From: Gracilinanus agilis
Lineage: Eukaryota
Assembly (NCBI RefSeq): GCF_016433145.1
Contig: NC_058135.1
Location: 185,650,785 to 185,714,784 of the forward strand
Reading direction: 5' to 3'
DNA: 64,000 nucleotides
The position numbers and the translations under genes are program-made. How positions within the stretch are numbered: position 1 is the stretch's first letter; the number at the start of each line of letters is the position of its first letter. Shown in pieces: positions 1 to 12,830 of the stretch. The notes beneath the pieces are model-generated. The model saw only the letters and a program-made list of their open reading frames with translations, made no database searches and had not been told where the DNA came from.

Positions 1-370
1 AGGAAGGATGGGAAGGAGGGAAGGAAAAGAATGTAGGAGTAGAAAGTAGATTAGAGATGGGAAAAGAATGAGAAGAATAAATGGATTTAGGAAGAAGACA
101 TGGAATGAAGAGATGAATACAGATGAAAAGAAAGAGGGGAAAGCAGAAAAGAGAATAAAAGGAGAAGAAGAGAACAGAAAAAAGCTAAAAAGAAGCCATA
201 CAGAAAGAAAGGTGAAGCAAAGAAACAAAGTACAATTGAAGGAAAGAAGGGAGAGATAAAAGAGAAGTGTATGAAGGCAGGAGAACAGGGAAAGAAATGT
301 AAGAAAAAAGGAAGGGATAATATGGAGGAGAAGAGGAAAAAAGGGCAAAGATGAAGAAATAGAAAGAGGA
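1..370. repeat. Purine-rich (GA) low-complexity tract
   Basis: Almost entirely A/G (aggaaggatgggaaggagggaagg...) with only scattered pyrimidines; explains the K/E/R-rich and F/S/L-rich ORFs at 68-259 and 185-415. Confidence 0.85.
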
Positions 371-2069
371 TACTGCATCATATGTATTATTTACAATTAG
401 CCTTTTATCAAGCAATCAGAACCACTGATGATTTTGATCAATTGATTTAAGTACTTGTCCAACCATATTAGAAAAGATGACTTGATGTTAGAATATTGGT
501 TGGTCCAGATGACCTTAGGGATTCCTTCCATCTCTGAAGTTCTATTATTCTGTGATTTCCAATCTTATCCAATCCAATAGTTTGTTATACTTAAAGCTCT
601 TCACCCCAATCTTGGCTGATCTGAACTGAAGCTCATTAGCACCTGGGGATTTTAAAATCAAAAGCATAGTCTGGGGCTCTATATTCAGGACAGTTTTATC
701 AGGCCAATCAATGGTCTTCCTACTACAAACATATGGTAGTATATTCACACCATTTAAACTGCAAGTTGGAAGACATGCCAAGTGTAATACATTTTCACTT
801 GCTTATGAAAACATTTCTACTCTTCTTTACGTAAGAGACTTTAAGGTCAGTCTTCCATCTGTTTTTTTTTCCCAAATAGAATAAAATTGGGCATTTATTC
901 ATTAAAGGCTGACAAAATGGAGTATCAAGATATCAAAATAATTGAATGTGGACTTTAATAACAGTTCTATTTCCATCTGATATGTCAAATCTATTTTCAT
1001 ACCAAAACAATCAAATGGAGATCTATATATTGGGATGTTTAAAAACATTCATTTATATAGGCATCACTGCCAAAATACAGATCTACCAAAATTTCAAGCC
1101 TCTTGCTGGCCACTTTTGTGTTATTTTGGTAATATTATGAATGAAAAGGTAAATCTCACTGTGTAGGATTCTAATAATTTAACAACAACAAGATGTTTTT
1201 CTTTTTTTAATTGAAAAGACAAACTGTTCCATATGAGAATTCTGGTTTGGGAAAAAGTTGGATCTTATTCATCTAAGAAGATTTTTAACATTTCAGGGGA
1301 GAACTAAGTGGAGTATTAGAAGAACCACAATCCTGTTCAATTCTTAGCCAATTTAAATTGCATCTTAGCCAATTTAAATTGCATATTGGGAATACCCCCA
1401 TCTGTTATGTGACTGTGATCCAACCCCAGTCTAAGTATCTAATATTTGGAAGATTTATCTTCCACTTTAATTTAGATGCATAGGGATAATTTGGTTAATC
1501 AGACTTTCATACCTTTTCAGATGAACCTCTCAATATGTTGAGTGGAGTCTAACCCATATTGGCATTTATTCATTTAATATTTATTCCATAGTGCTTCCAT
1601 GAATTAGCTAGTCTCCTTTTTAGGCATGCATCAGATTAGTTGGTTATTTGCTTCAAAAGGAATTTAAATTGAGCAGGCCCTAAACTTAAGCATTTAAAAT
1701 ATAGTGAATGCTTTTAAGGTATAGCATCTCTTGTTAATCCTAGGTTATTTTTATTTTGTATATATTCTGTCTGTCAATCTCCCTTTGTAGAGTGCTTGCT
1801 TATGAAACGGATTGTATTCATTGGTGACTGAATAAGAAAAATAGGCCAAGATTGTAGTTGGCTTTCTCAGTTTTATTTCTACCTACTGAGCAGCATTTTG
1901 GGGAGAAAATAATTCTGGTACCTTAGTCACAATGAAAGATAGAACAATAAGGTGCCCAATGAATTCTGTGTGTTAGTATGCCACAAGTATTCCAGACAGA
2001 TATTGCAAAACATTTCATAAAGCTTGGAGATAAAGTTTTGTATATGGTGATTATCATATTATATCTTAC

Positions 2070-2132
2070 TTTCATTGGATGCTGCAAAATATATTGGGAA
2101 ATAATTACCAGATGAAAAAGGTAATGAGATGT
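2070..2132 (-). CDS. Candidate internal coding exon, 63 nt, phase 1-1 (DISLPFSSGNYFPIYFAASNE), gene unassigned
   Basis: Minus strand: acceptor ...caattagtttgttgcag, donor GAAA|gtaaga; length divisible by 3; open in the frame that continues the 2346-2450 exon across a 213-nt intron. Confidence 0.45.
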
Positions 2133-2345
2133 CTGCAACAAACTAATTGTTAAAGAGTGAATTAGACATGTATGAGTTGAAAACAAAAGAATGAATATTT
2201 AATGGCATTAGATCTCCTGAAACTCTATTCTTGATATTAAGAGGTATAACTATTATTTTCCTCTAAATTATTAATAATTTTTTTAAGTTTGAGTTTCCCA
2301 GCATATCATAGTTCTCATGACCTGAGGTGAATAATGTAGGCTTAC

Positions 2346-2450
2346 CTCTAATATAATTATAATGTGTCTGACCTTCTGAACTCCTATAAACTGAAGCCTG
2401 CTTGGTTTCTCCTCCTTTTTCAATACATGAGGATACCATTACTGGACTTT
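2346..2450 (-). CDS. Candidate internal coding exon, 105 nt, phase 1-1 (xSPVMVSSCIEKGGETKQASVYRSSEGQTHYNYIR), gene unassigned
   Basis: Minus strand: strong acceptor ...tatccttttctttgctcag, donor AGAG|gtaagc; only one of three frames is open; lies in non-repeat DNA. Confidence 0.5.
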
Positions 2451-2879
2451 CTGAGCAAAGAAAAGGATAATAAAACAACTTTAATTTCAATAAATAGTTA
2501 TTAATCATCTTCTATGTGCAAATCATTGTGCAAGGCACTAGAGGAACAAAGATGTAAAATAAAGCTGTCCTTGGCCTCTAGCAGAATGATAACAATAATC
2601 GAACACATAGATTAGTAAATATGAATCAAGTATATTTTTTAAAAAGGGAAAAGCTAATTAAATTCTAAAAGAAAATTTGAGGATAAAATGAATATTTATA
2701 TTGCATTTTAATTTTATTTCCTTAAATATTTCCCAATTAAATTTTATTCTGATTCTGGCACTACTCTCAGGTATTTGGGATCATATGTAGGCTGCATGCA
2801 CAATGCCTTTGTACTAGATAATCTTTAGGTTTTGTTGTAGTTCCTAAGAAAGCAAAACACTTTGAATATAAAAGTAGGA

Positions 2880-4070
2880 AATTGGGAACCATCTAATCAT
2901 TGAAGTCAATGAAGCAGTGACTACTGAAGCTGATATGAATGAATTATATCAACAGAGGCAAAATGTAAAAAAGAGAATAAAAGAGCTAAGGACAAAGTCT
3001 CGAAAGATACCGATATTTGGAGATTTAAGCAGAAAGTGGCCTCGAGAAGAACAAGATAGGCAGGATGAAGACCAGGAGAAAATAATATTAGAAAAGACAA
3101 GTAGTTAGCATAATGGATAGAGCAAAGCATTTGGAGACACAAAAAATGTACTCAAATTCTGCCTTCAACACTTGATAACAGTGGGACCCTGGGTATTACT
3201 TGGACTCCCTTAGTGTCAGTTTCCATTTCTGTAAAAATAAGTGATTGGATTGAATTACTTCCAATATCCCTTCATGCTTTAATATATGATCTTATCCTAA
3301 GCCACCATAGAAGAGGTCTATCAAGAACTGAAGGCTAGTCAATAGTCTCAAATACTACAGGAAGGTCAATGAGGATTAGGGCTGAAAACAGTCATTAGAT
3401 TGAGAAGCTGAGTGTATATAGTGGAGCTCATTGACCTTGAAACTTGCTACTTCATTTGAAGATTAGTGATAAAAAACAGATCTCGGGGAATTAAGGAGTG
3501 AGTGGCAAGGAAATGGAAGCCATAAGTATGCACTGATCATTTTATTATTTCAACTGAAAGAGTAAGAGAGATAAAGGTTCAGAAATTGAGAAGTAATAGA
3601 GCCAAGGAACTTCTATTTTAGAGACATTCATACCTGACTACATTTGTAGGCAAGAGAGTAGAGGCTACAAATGTGTGTTTATATGTATATAAATTCATGT
3701 ATATATATATATATAGCATATATACATATATATGAATGAAGATGAATTATGGTTATGAATGGAGACTCTCAATAAAACAAATTTTGAGGAATGTAGAAAA
3801 GAGTTGAACCAAGATTTTAAGTGACAAAATTAGCCTTTTCCAAAAGGAATCCCACCTTTTTGTCATAGACCAAATGCAAGGTGAAGAAAATGACTGAAGA
3901 CTGAGAGACCTTTTGATTTATAGACAGGACAAAGTTCTTGAAGGGTGGAGGGACGGTTTCATGGGATTTTCTGAGAAAAGTAAAAGTATGGATGGAGGTC
4001 AGGACTTGAGGAAAGAGAAAAGGATTTTTAATAGTGTCCATGAGAAGTGGTGATAGAGTCATAAATAAAA
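2880..4070 (-). mobile_element. Fragmented L2 LINE with an embedded MIR (about 3130-3300)
   Basis: Purine-rich degenerate L2-antisense text; MIR core (cctcagtttcc..ctgtaaaa-like) inside. Boundaries approximate. Confidence 0.55.
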
Positions 4071-4489
4071 GGAAAACCCTGCTTCAACCACTAAATCCTT
4101 CCATGCACATCTATCTATATGGGGCAATTGCTCAGGTGTGTAATCACTTAGCCATGTTTCTGGGCTGCACATTAGTCCAGAGAAGGACTCAAGTGCACAA
4201 TTATACTACGCTGTGCCTTGTGCATTTAGCTAAGTTATAGTAAGGTACTTAGGGTTTTGAAAAAATTATTGCTCCTCATTCTGTTAGTTGTGGCTTCAGT
4301 CCCATCCCAGGGAAGAACCTGCTCTCATCTAATTAGCATTCTCCTTATAAAATGGCCATGGGAGAAAATTAACAAGGAGAACCACATAATGGAAATGAGT
4401 AGAAATATATGTTTAAGAATAAGCAACCTCATTTGTAACTTTTTTTTTAAAGAGAGGCTCCTGAAAGAAAGAGGAAGTTAGGAAGGAAA

Positions 4490-4740
4490 TAAAACAGAAT
4501 TTATTAAATACCTACTATGTGTCACCCACAATGCAAAGGGCTTTATGATTATGATTTCATTTGATCCTCACAACAACCTGGGGAGGGAGGGACTATTATT
4601 ATCCCCATTTTCTATTTGAGAAAACTGTGACTTTAAAGAGGGTAAGTGATTATCCCAGTGTCCCACAGCTCTTAAGTGTCTTAGGTCAGATTTAAACTTA
4701 GATCTTGATGACTCCAGGTATAGCTTTCAATCTGCTGCCC
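4490..4740 (-). mobile_element. L2/MIR 3' end plus MIR
   Basis: tttattaaatacctactatgtg...; ttattatccccattttc...gagaaaactgtgac...gtaagtgattatcccagtgtccc matches the MIR core in antisense. Confidence 0.7.
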
Positions 4741-5982
4741 CACATGTATTTACTCTGTAGTCAACAGATCTTTTTCAGTCACAGAAAGGTAATCTGAAAT
4801 TTGGTCATATCTCACTAAATCCATCACCAGATAGCAATACTTACTCATCCCACCCCTCCAACTTCCAACCTAATATAAGATCATGGGGAGAGGTAGGGAG
4901 AGTGGTTCATTTTGCCAAACCACTCTAAAGCACAGAAGCAAGATGGAAGACAGTGAAGAAGGTCTTTCCAATCTGGACTTTTCTTGTATGAGTGTGAAGG
5001 TACCATAAATTGGTTTGCATACTAGTTATATATCTAGGAGTTAGATGATCTAACAATTTAAGACTTCATCTGCTCCTTGAAATCCAAATGACTTACATAG
5101 TTTAGCTTTTTTGTTTTTGTTTTTGTTTTTTGTTTTTTCATCCTGAACCAGATCTTCAGTGTTAAAAGGAGAGGGGTAATACATTCAAAATCAAATCTAT
5201 TTCCTTGGAACAAATCCTTTATGCTGTAAATCCATTAGAAAATGCTTAGGACCTCAGAAAAGAAGGAAAGCATATAGCCCTAGATATGGCTCCATAGCAC
5301 ATGTAGGGAACCACATGTATTAGACAACATACCCAGCCTTAAAAGTGGCAACATATGGCAGCAGTGGTAGAGAGGGGGAAGGCTCTTTGGGACAAGCCAG
5401 AAATGATAAGAATCAAAGAATCAAAGTTAGAAGCAGCAGATCATTAGTGGTCCACATCTTCAAACCAAAGAACTTGTTGAAAAACAATGAGTTCATCAAC
5501 CAAACTTCACGAACAATACTAGTTTCTTGTACTTAAGAGAAGAGAACTAATACCAAATGATAGAGAACTGTGATCCCTTTCCTTTCTTTTGACATCTAGA
5601 TGTATGTCAAATTCTATTTTTTTTCCCTATGGAAAAAAAATCCTGGGTCAGGATAACAAATTACAAAAAAAAGGATATTTTTTGTTGAGGTATCATGATT
5701 CAATATAATCAGTGTAAATCTAGAAGTATACTACTAAATTTTGGTGTAATCCTATGATCTATAATTAATATAATTATGGAATATACACATATATATGCAT
5801 GTATTTCAAAGGCTTATTGATATCATTATGGCTTATCTTTTCACAATATCACTAAGTGTTGATATCTAGCTCATCCATTATCTCTTAATTACATATGACT
5901 CTTTTCCATGTCAGTCAGTTAGGGATTAAATATTTATTAAGTGCCTACTATGTGCCAATCACTATGCTAAGCTCTGGAGATA

Positions 5983-6194
5983 GTTCTTCAGTCTTTTCAG
6001 TAATTTGTAAGTCACCATGACCTCATTTAGATTATCTTGCCAAAGATAATAAAGGAGTTTACCATTTCCTTCTTCAGCTCATTTTACAGTTGAAGAAACT
6101 AAGGCAAATAGGGTTGTGACTTGCCCATGGTCACTCAGAGAGTAAGTGTCTCAGACCAGATTTGAACTCAGGAAGATTAGTCTTTCATAATTCC
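5983..6194 (-). mobile_element. MAR1-type marsupial CORE-SINE
   Basis: ttcttcagtc...accatttccttcttcagctcattttacagttgaagaaactaaggc...gacttgcccatggtcac...atttgaactcagg is the reverse complement of the MAR1 tail plus CORE. Confidence 0.8.
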
Positions 6195-6706
6195 ATATTA
6201 TAAGTGGTAGGGAAGCAGCCAGAAGACAGGGAGAGTTTGAAGATAATTATGAGTGGGAATGATAGATGAGACAATCTGGTGGATAAGACAGGATAGAATG
6301 AAATTAATTGTCCGTGTTCTATAAATCCTTCATAGAGTATTCACACAACATATTTAGGACCTTCGTTCAAGTCACTTTACATGGTATACCAATGGAGCAT
6401 ATTGTCTATCAATTTTTTTTCTTCAGTCTTGCTTCATGATTAACCCACTTCTTTTTTGTATCACAACAGAATGTGGATTTCACTAAGTACATGCAGGAAA
6501 GATCTATATTTGAGGGGGCAAAATTTTGAGAAATGTGCATGTTCTATTTTCACAATATCAGGTGATAGAGGAATACTAAGCAAAAAAGTCTATGGAAAAA
6601 TTAGATTTTTTTTCATTATAAAAAAGGCAAATAAAAATAACTGCCTATCAATATACCTTCTGCACCATCTTTACCTGACATATATCAGGTAAAGATATAT
6701 AGAAAC

Positions 6707-6733
6707 ATACATACATATATATACACACATGCG

Positions 6734-6766
<33 letters not shown>

Positions 6767-6768
6767 TT
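6707..6768. repeat. Compound (TA)n/(CA)n microsatellite
   Basis: catacatacatatatatacacacatgcgcacacacacacacacacatatatatatatatat. Confidence 0.9.
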
Positions 6769-6847
6769 AGAGTACAATTGATGAAGCTTAAAGATAGGAG
6801 TGTTAAGGCCTTCATAAATTATCTTCTCATAAATTATCTTCTCTAGT

Positions 6848-7024
6848 AAGAATCAGGAAACTACCAGCCTTGTTTCTATGTGGTCTGTGGGCTAAAATGA
6901 TTTTTATATTTTAAAATAAAATTGTTGTATTAATAAATGTAAAAACTGTAAAACATTCTTAGCTTAGTAGAATAAAAACAGGGACAGACAAGATTTATCT
7001 TTCTGACTATAAATTGTGGACCCT
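6848..7024. mobile_element. Degenerate MER58-like hAT MITE
   Basis: Internal gggctaaaatgatttttatattttaaaa...aaaacattcttagc...aaaaacagg pattern with eroded ends; recalled similarity to MER58/Cheshire-derived elements. Confidence 0.5.
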
Positions 7025-7668
7025 TTTTCTATGGGAAAACACAATTTTACCAAGTCATAATGAATTAAATATACCTTCTAAGTGTTTAATAAATGTTTAT
7101 TGAATTGAATACAATTAAATACTAAATCTCCTTAAGAATGATACTGATTTTACATTCTAGCATTTGTTACCAAACCTGAAAAATATGTTTCACAGTCCTC
7201 AAGGGTGAATTTTCACTTATCAAACAAATATTTCAGGGTGAGCAAGGCATATTAGGCCCTCTTATGAATTATTGTCCATAAATGTGTTAGCCAGCTTCAG
7301 TTGAATGGTGAAAAAAACTATGGGCTTACTGCCTATCGAAGGGACTATGTGGCTACTCCAGGCAATGCTTATAATCAATCAGTAACCAAATATTTCCTGA
7401 GTCCTTGTAGTGATCCATTCTCTGTATGAAATGCTTTAGGAAAGAAAGGTATAACCATAAACTCGAGAAATATAAATACAGTGGTTCAAACAAGACTAAC
7501 AAAATTAAAATGGTTCCAAAGTGATAAGTAATACAGAATTAGATGTCAAGTATCGTGTTACACCAGGACTACATTAACTCACACCTGCATTGCTAAAATG
7601 GTACCTTAGTTGACCTTCCTATTTGTCCTCCTCAACTTTAATACATCTTTCACAAAGATGCTATAGAC

Positions 7669-8096
7669 CAGCTATGGTGAACTTTTTAGAGACCACATGC
7701 TGTACCCCACCAATAAGATCACATGTACCCTGCCCCCACCCATCTCATGCCAGGCACTCCCACTGGGGTCCTGGGCAGAGGGATGGAGAAGTGAGGATTG
7801 CCCTCAGTTAGTCTAAAGAGGGGGAGGGGAGTAGCCTGAGCACTTCCCCTGCTCTAGCTCTGCTACCTATGGGCCACCTGCCTTACCTATGCTTCCATTG
7901 GGCTGCTGGGCAGAGGGGCAGATAATGTGAAAAAAATGTCATCAGGAATATTGGAGAGGGGAGGGGAGCAGCTTCCCCCAAGTCCCTCTGCCTTTCTAGT
8001 TACGAATTGGGGGCGGAGTGGAGGGCAGGATGTGTGCCCACAGAGAGTGCTCTGTGTGCCCTCTTTGACATGTACACCATAGGTTTGCCATCATTG
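7669..8096 (-). mobile_element. Non-autonomous hAT (Charlie-like) MITE, family A
   Basis: TIRs cagctatggtgaac... and ...gtttgccatcattg; 8-bp TSD ctatagac (7661-7668) / ccatagac (8097-8104); similar in reverse orientation to 16800-17291. Confidence 0.85.
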
Positions 8097-9193
8097 CCAT
8101 AGACCTTATTCTAAAATCACATCACTTCCACTCTGCCAATAAAAAATATTTTTAATTACAGTGGTTCTTTTTATGCTACCAGATGGGTCAGAAGTATTTC
8201 AGAAAAGTGATGTCCAATTGGACAATATATCTAACTGCAAGGATTAGTCATTTAGATAATTAAAGATTCATGTTAATTAATGAATTTCTAAACAAAACAG
8301 GAGGAGAAGAGGAAATAATAATATTCCAGGGTGAGTAGAATCTATTAATTATTAAAGCTTGAGAGTAAATCAATAAACTAATTCCATCAATGTTTCCATA
8401 ATTTCTATCCCCTATGTGTGAAAATTTAAAAAGACTAAATTAAAGATTCAAAATGGAGATAATTATTTAGGAAATCATTTATTCCTTGGAAAAGGACAAC
8501 ATTTTAAGGAACACAAATATATAAAAAGGAAAAGTTTTGGGTAACAAAAGAGCAGCATGAAGATATTGGATTCATAGAAGATAAGTTTAAAAAAAGGAAT
8601 GAAAATGGGAATGAAGGCAATAAGACACATTTCTCCTAATTTGAGATTTTAGTTGGGGCTCTTTTGACTGAAAATGACAATGTGCCACTTAAAACCAACT
8701 TTTCTATCACCTAGGGTATAATAGAGGATAACATCATCATATATGAAAAAAATATTGGAATGAGAGTTTGGGTTGGTTTCTATTCTCAATTCTGCTACTA
8801 CTTGGTTATGTGATGATTGGAATACCAATTAACCTCTCCAAATCCCTCATCTGTAAAATGAGATAAGGACTGGATAATTTCTAATATTTCTCCCAGTTCT
8901 AATTGTGTACAGTCTATTTTGAAATTCCTTTGTAATATTTAATCTGGGAAAGAAGTTTATTGGACAGGAGGAAATATGACTACAAGAGAATAATGATTTA
9001 ACAAGATAAATTCTTATTTATATCGATTCAATCAGTAACTAAATAGCTACAAATCACAAGTACTGTGGACAACAAATAAGTTCTTTCTCCCTTTAAAAAA
9101 TTATGGGGTATTATTCTATATAGATTTTGTATATATTTACCTTTCTACACATTATATCATCTCACTATAAAATACAAGCTCCTGACTTTGCTT

Positions 9194-9535
9194 CTAAAAG
9201 CAATGCAATGATCCAGGACAATCCCGAGGGACTTATGAGAAAGAATGCTATCCGCATCTAGAGAAAAAAACTGTTGGAGTAGAAAACATAGAAGAAAAGC
9301 ATACAATTTATCATTTGTATATATGGGCATATGACTTGAGGTTTAGGTTTTAAAAGATTACTCTATTACAAAAATGAATTAATATAGAAATAGAATGTGA
9401 GTGATAATACATGTATAACCCAGTGGAATTGCTTGTCTGCTCTGGGAGAGGAGAGGGAAGAGGGGAGGGAGAGAACATGAATCATGTAACCATGGAAAAA
9501 TATTTAAAAAATAAATAAATTTAAAAAAAAGAAAA
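9194..9535 (+). mobile_element. L1 (L1_Mdo-type) 3' end, 5'-truncated, inserted into an L2 3' fragment
   Basis: atccaggacaatcccgagggacttatgagaaagaatgctatcc...gtaaccatggaaaaatattt followed by an A-rich tail; L2 tail text on both flanks. Confidence 0.85.
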
Positions 9536-10032
9536 TATATGCTCTTTGGGGGGCATAGACTTTCTGTAAAGAGCTTTGTGCCTAGTAGGCACTTAATAAA
9601 CATTTTTCAAATTGACTTGAGTTGAATTGATATATTGTCTTGTTCTCAAGCTTATAATGTAGTTTGAGAAACAAGGGTTACCTATGTGAAGTAATTAGGG
9701 ACAATTAGTATAAACTATTTGATATTAACAATTAAGAGAAAAGGAATTCAAAGAAAAGAGATAACTGGATTGGGAATATCATGGATATTTTGTCAAATAT
9801 TTTACCTTGGTCTTGAAAGATAAATTTGACAGATAGGTCAGAAAAAAGAGACATCCCAGACTAAGTAGGAGCAGTGAGGATAAGCATAGGGGAAAATGTC
9901 ATAGGGAAGGGAAAAATCACAGATGTGATGCCTAATATAAATATGAAAACTACAGAGGTTTAGCATTAATGGAATAGAAAATGCTTTTGGTCAGTGGAAA
10001 ATAAGGTTTAATAGGTTGTACAGGGACAGATG

Positions 10033-11565
10033 TTTTTTAAATTTTTAAAAAATTATTTATTTAGGATATTTTCCATGGTTACACAATTAATGTTCTTTCC
10101 CTCTGCTCTTCCCTTCCCCCTCCCAGAACTGACAAGCAATTCCACCGGGTTATACAGGTATCACTGTTCAAAACTTATTTACATATTATTCATATTTGCA
10201 ATAGAGTGATCTTTTAATGCCAAAACTCCAATCATACATCCATCGAACCACATGATCCATCATATGTTTTTCTTCTGTATTTCTACTCCCACAGTTCTTT
10301 CTCTGGATGTGGATAGCATTCTTTCTCATAAGTTCCTCTGGATTGTCCTGGATCTTTGCATTGCTGCTAGTAGAAAAGTCCATTGCATTCTATTGTGGCA
10401 CAGTGTATCAGTCTCCATGTACAATATTCTCCTGGTTCTGCTCCTTTCACTCTACATTAATTCCTAGAAGTCTTTCTAGTTCACAAAGAAATTCTCCAGC
10501 TCATCATGCCTTTCAGCACAATAGTATTCCATTACCATCAGATACCACAATTTATTCAGCCATTCCTCAATCAATGGGCACCCTTGATTTTCCATTTTTT
10601 TGCCCGGACAAAGAGATGGCTCTTAATATTTTTGTACAAGTCTTTTTCTTTATTACCTCTTTGAAGCACAAACCAAGCAATGGTATTACTGCATCAAAAG
10701 GCAAGAATTCTTTTAAAGCCCTTTGCACATAATACCAAATTCCGAATTGTCCTCCAGAATGGTTGGATTAATTCACAACTCCACCAGCAGTGTATTAATG
10801 TCCCAATTTTGCCACATCCCCTCCAACATTTATCACTTTCTTTTACTGCCATATTGGCCAAAGGTGTGAGATGGTACCTCAGAGTTGTTTGTATTTGTAT
10901 TTGTATTTCTCTAATTAGGAGGGATTTAAAACACTTTTTTATGTGATTATTGATAAGTTGGATTTATTCATCTGAAAACTTCCTATTCATATCCTTTGAC
11001 CATTTGTTGATTGGGGAATGGCTTGAATTTTTTGTAAATTTGACTTAGTTTCTCATATATTTTGGAAATTAAAACTTTGGCATAGAGTTTTGTTATAAAA
11101 ATATTTTCCCAGTTTGTTGTTTTCCTTCTAATTTGGGGTGCATTGGTTTTGTTTGTACAAATTTTTTTAACTTGATATAATCAAAGTCATTCACTTTACA
11201 TTTTGTAATGTTCTCTATCTCTTGCTTGGTCTTAAATTCCTTCCTTTCTCATGGACCTGCCAGGTATGCTATTCTATGTTTACCTAATTTATTTATGATT
11301 TCACTCTTTATATTAAAATCCTATACCCATTTTGAATTTATCTTGGTATAAGGTGTAAGATGTTGATCTAAACCGAATTTTTCCCATACTGTTTGCCAAT
11401 TTTCCCAGCAGCTTTTGTCAAATAGTAAGTTCTTGTCCCCAAAGCTCGGGTCTTTAGATTTATCGAACTAGCTTGCTGAGATTATTTACCCCTATTCTAT
11501 TCCATTGATCCACCCTTCTGTCTCTTAGCCAGGACCATATTGTTTTGAGGACCACTGCTTTATAA
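10033..11565 (-). mobile_element. L1 (L1_Mdo-type) 3' UTR plus ORF2 C-terminal fragment
   Basis: T-rich head (antisense poly-A), then ttccatggttacac..., gccaatttt...ggtgtgagatggtacctcagagttgtt..., ttttcccagcagcttttgtcaaatag, typical of antisense L1 ORF2 3' end. Confidence 0.92.
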
Positions 11566-12196
11566 GGGTGTTTTTTTTTCTTTTCTTGAAAGTTGTTTCA
11601 CTATCTTCTTGTTGGTTCTTTCACTCCTGTATTCATTTTGTAGTGATATTTTCATCTTGGTTGGAAAGGATTCTCATGGTGACACAGAGCTGTTATGGTT
11701 TACTCCATCATCTTAACTTTACCCCCAGAATTCAGGGACAGATTTTTAAAGGAGAATTTGGATTTAATGGGGCTCAACAGAGTTAACCATTGAAATAACC
11801 TTTCCAATGTAGTGCCAATTACCTGCTTTAGGTAACTTTCTCCTATCATTACCTAGTGAATAAAGCAGGGCAGGATTTTCCTATGATCTCCAAATTTATG
11901 GATTAAGAACATAAATTCCGTGGTATCTTTTCCCAAGAAGTATTGTTTCCTATTGTACCCAATTGTATGAGCCCAGGCAACAATGTTCTTGCAAAGTTTA
12001 GGAAAATAATTACTTTGCGCACTCACTATATAAGTTAGATCAGTTGAACAAGACACTAGTGAAAGTATACACCAATATTCCAGTCTAACCAGACACATAG
12101 GCACTGTTATTTCATAGTATGCAACTATTCAATTCTATGGGGAAGTGGTGATCTGGAATCTTTTCAGTAGCTATCACAATGTTTACCTACCCATAT

Positions 12197-12603
12197 TGAC
12201 ATGGGCATTGTGCAGAGATGGCAGGAACTCTGTACCCATTAACAGAGACAGGCTGTGAACAGGGAAATTCCCTTCCCCTTTCCTGCCCTGGTGACTCCCT
12301 AGATAAAGACCATTGTCCTTGGAATTCCTTTAAGTTGAGATAGACAAAGAGATACACCTCCTGAATGCACCTGGACAGTCTAAGCCCTGAGGGTCTCCCA
12401 CAGACCCTGCACCCACTGAATGCCTGAGTGCAAAGAGTCACGTGCACACTATGGGAAAGGATACAAAAGGGCGAGAACTGGGGTGCTCCGGAGCAGCCTT
12501 CCATGGCTTTCTTTTTACTTTTAAGCTAAGTTTGGAGTCCTCTCATTCTTGAAAATGGTTTCCTTCCTGAACCCAGGGGTTCACCATTTGCACCCCTATA
12601 ACA
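12197..12603 (+). mobile_element. Probable solo LTR (ERV1-like)
   Basis: GC-richer 407-bp block starting tg(acatggg) and ending (ctata)aca, with candidate 4-bp TSD atat (12193-12196 / 12604-12607). Orientation inferred from LTR-like U5 text. Confidence 0.6.
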
Positions 12604-12619
12604 ATATGAAAGTCTCTAG

Positions 12620-12830
12620 AGGCAGAGAGATATAGTGGATAGAAGGCTAGTCTTAATGTGGGGAAGACCTGAGTTAAAAATGTGTCCCTTTCACTTACTG
12701 TCTGTGTGACCTTGGGAAGTCACTTAAGCTCTCAGTGCTCCAGGCAGTTCTCTAAGACTACAAAGAGAAGGTGCTGTCCAGCTTTGATAAGAGTTTTCTC
12801 TAGGACCTCTCTCCATTTATGAAATCATGA
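12620..12830 (+). mobile_element. Marsupial CORE-SINE (WALLSI/Mar3-like tail)
   Basis: tRNA-like head (atagtggatagaaggc...acctgagtt), CORE (tgtgtgaccttgggaagtcacttaa), tail ctctcagtgctccaggcagttctctaagactac...atgaaatc. Related copies near 15075, 21820, 24120, 29480, 35870, 39655. Confidence 0.7.

Noticed and set aside
68-415. Charged or hydrophobic ORFs at the window start
   Set aside because: Artefacts of the GA-rich low-complexity tract.
10186-10946. Overlapping ORFs of 65-141 aa
   Set aside because: All fall inside the minus-strand L1 (10033-11565) and are L1 UTR or antisense frames.
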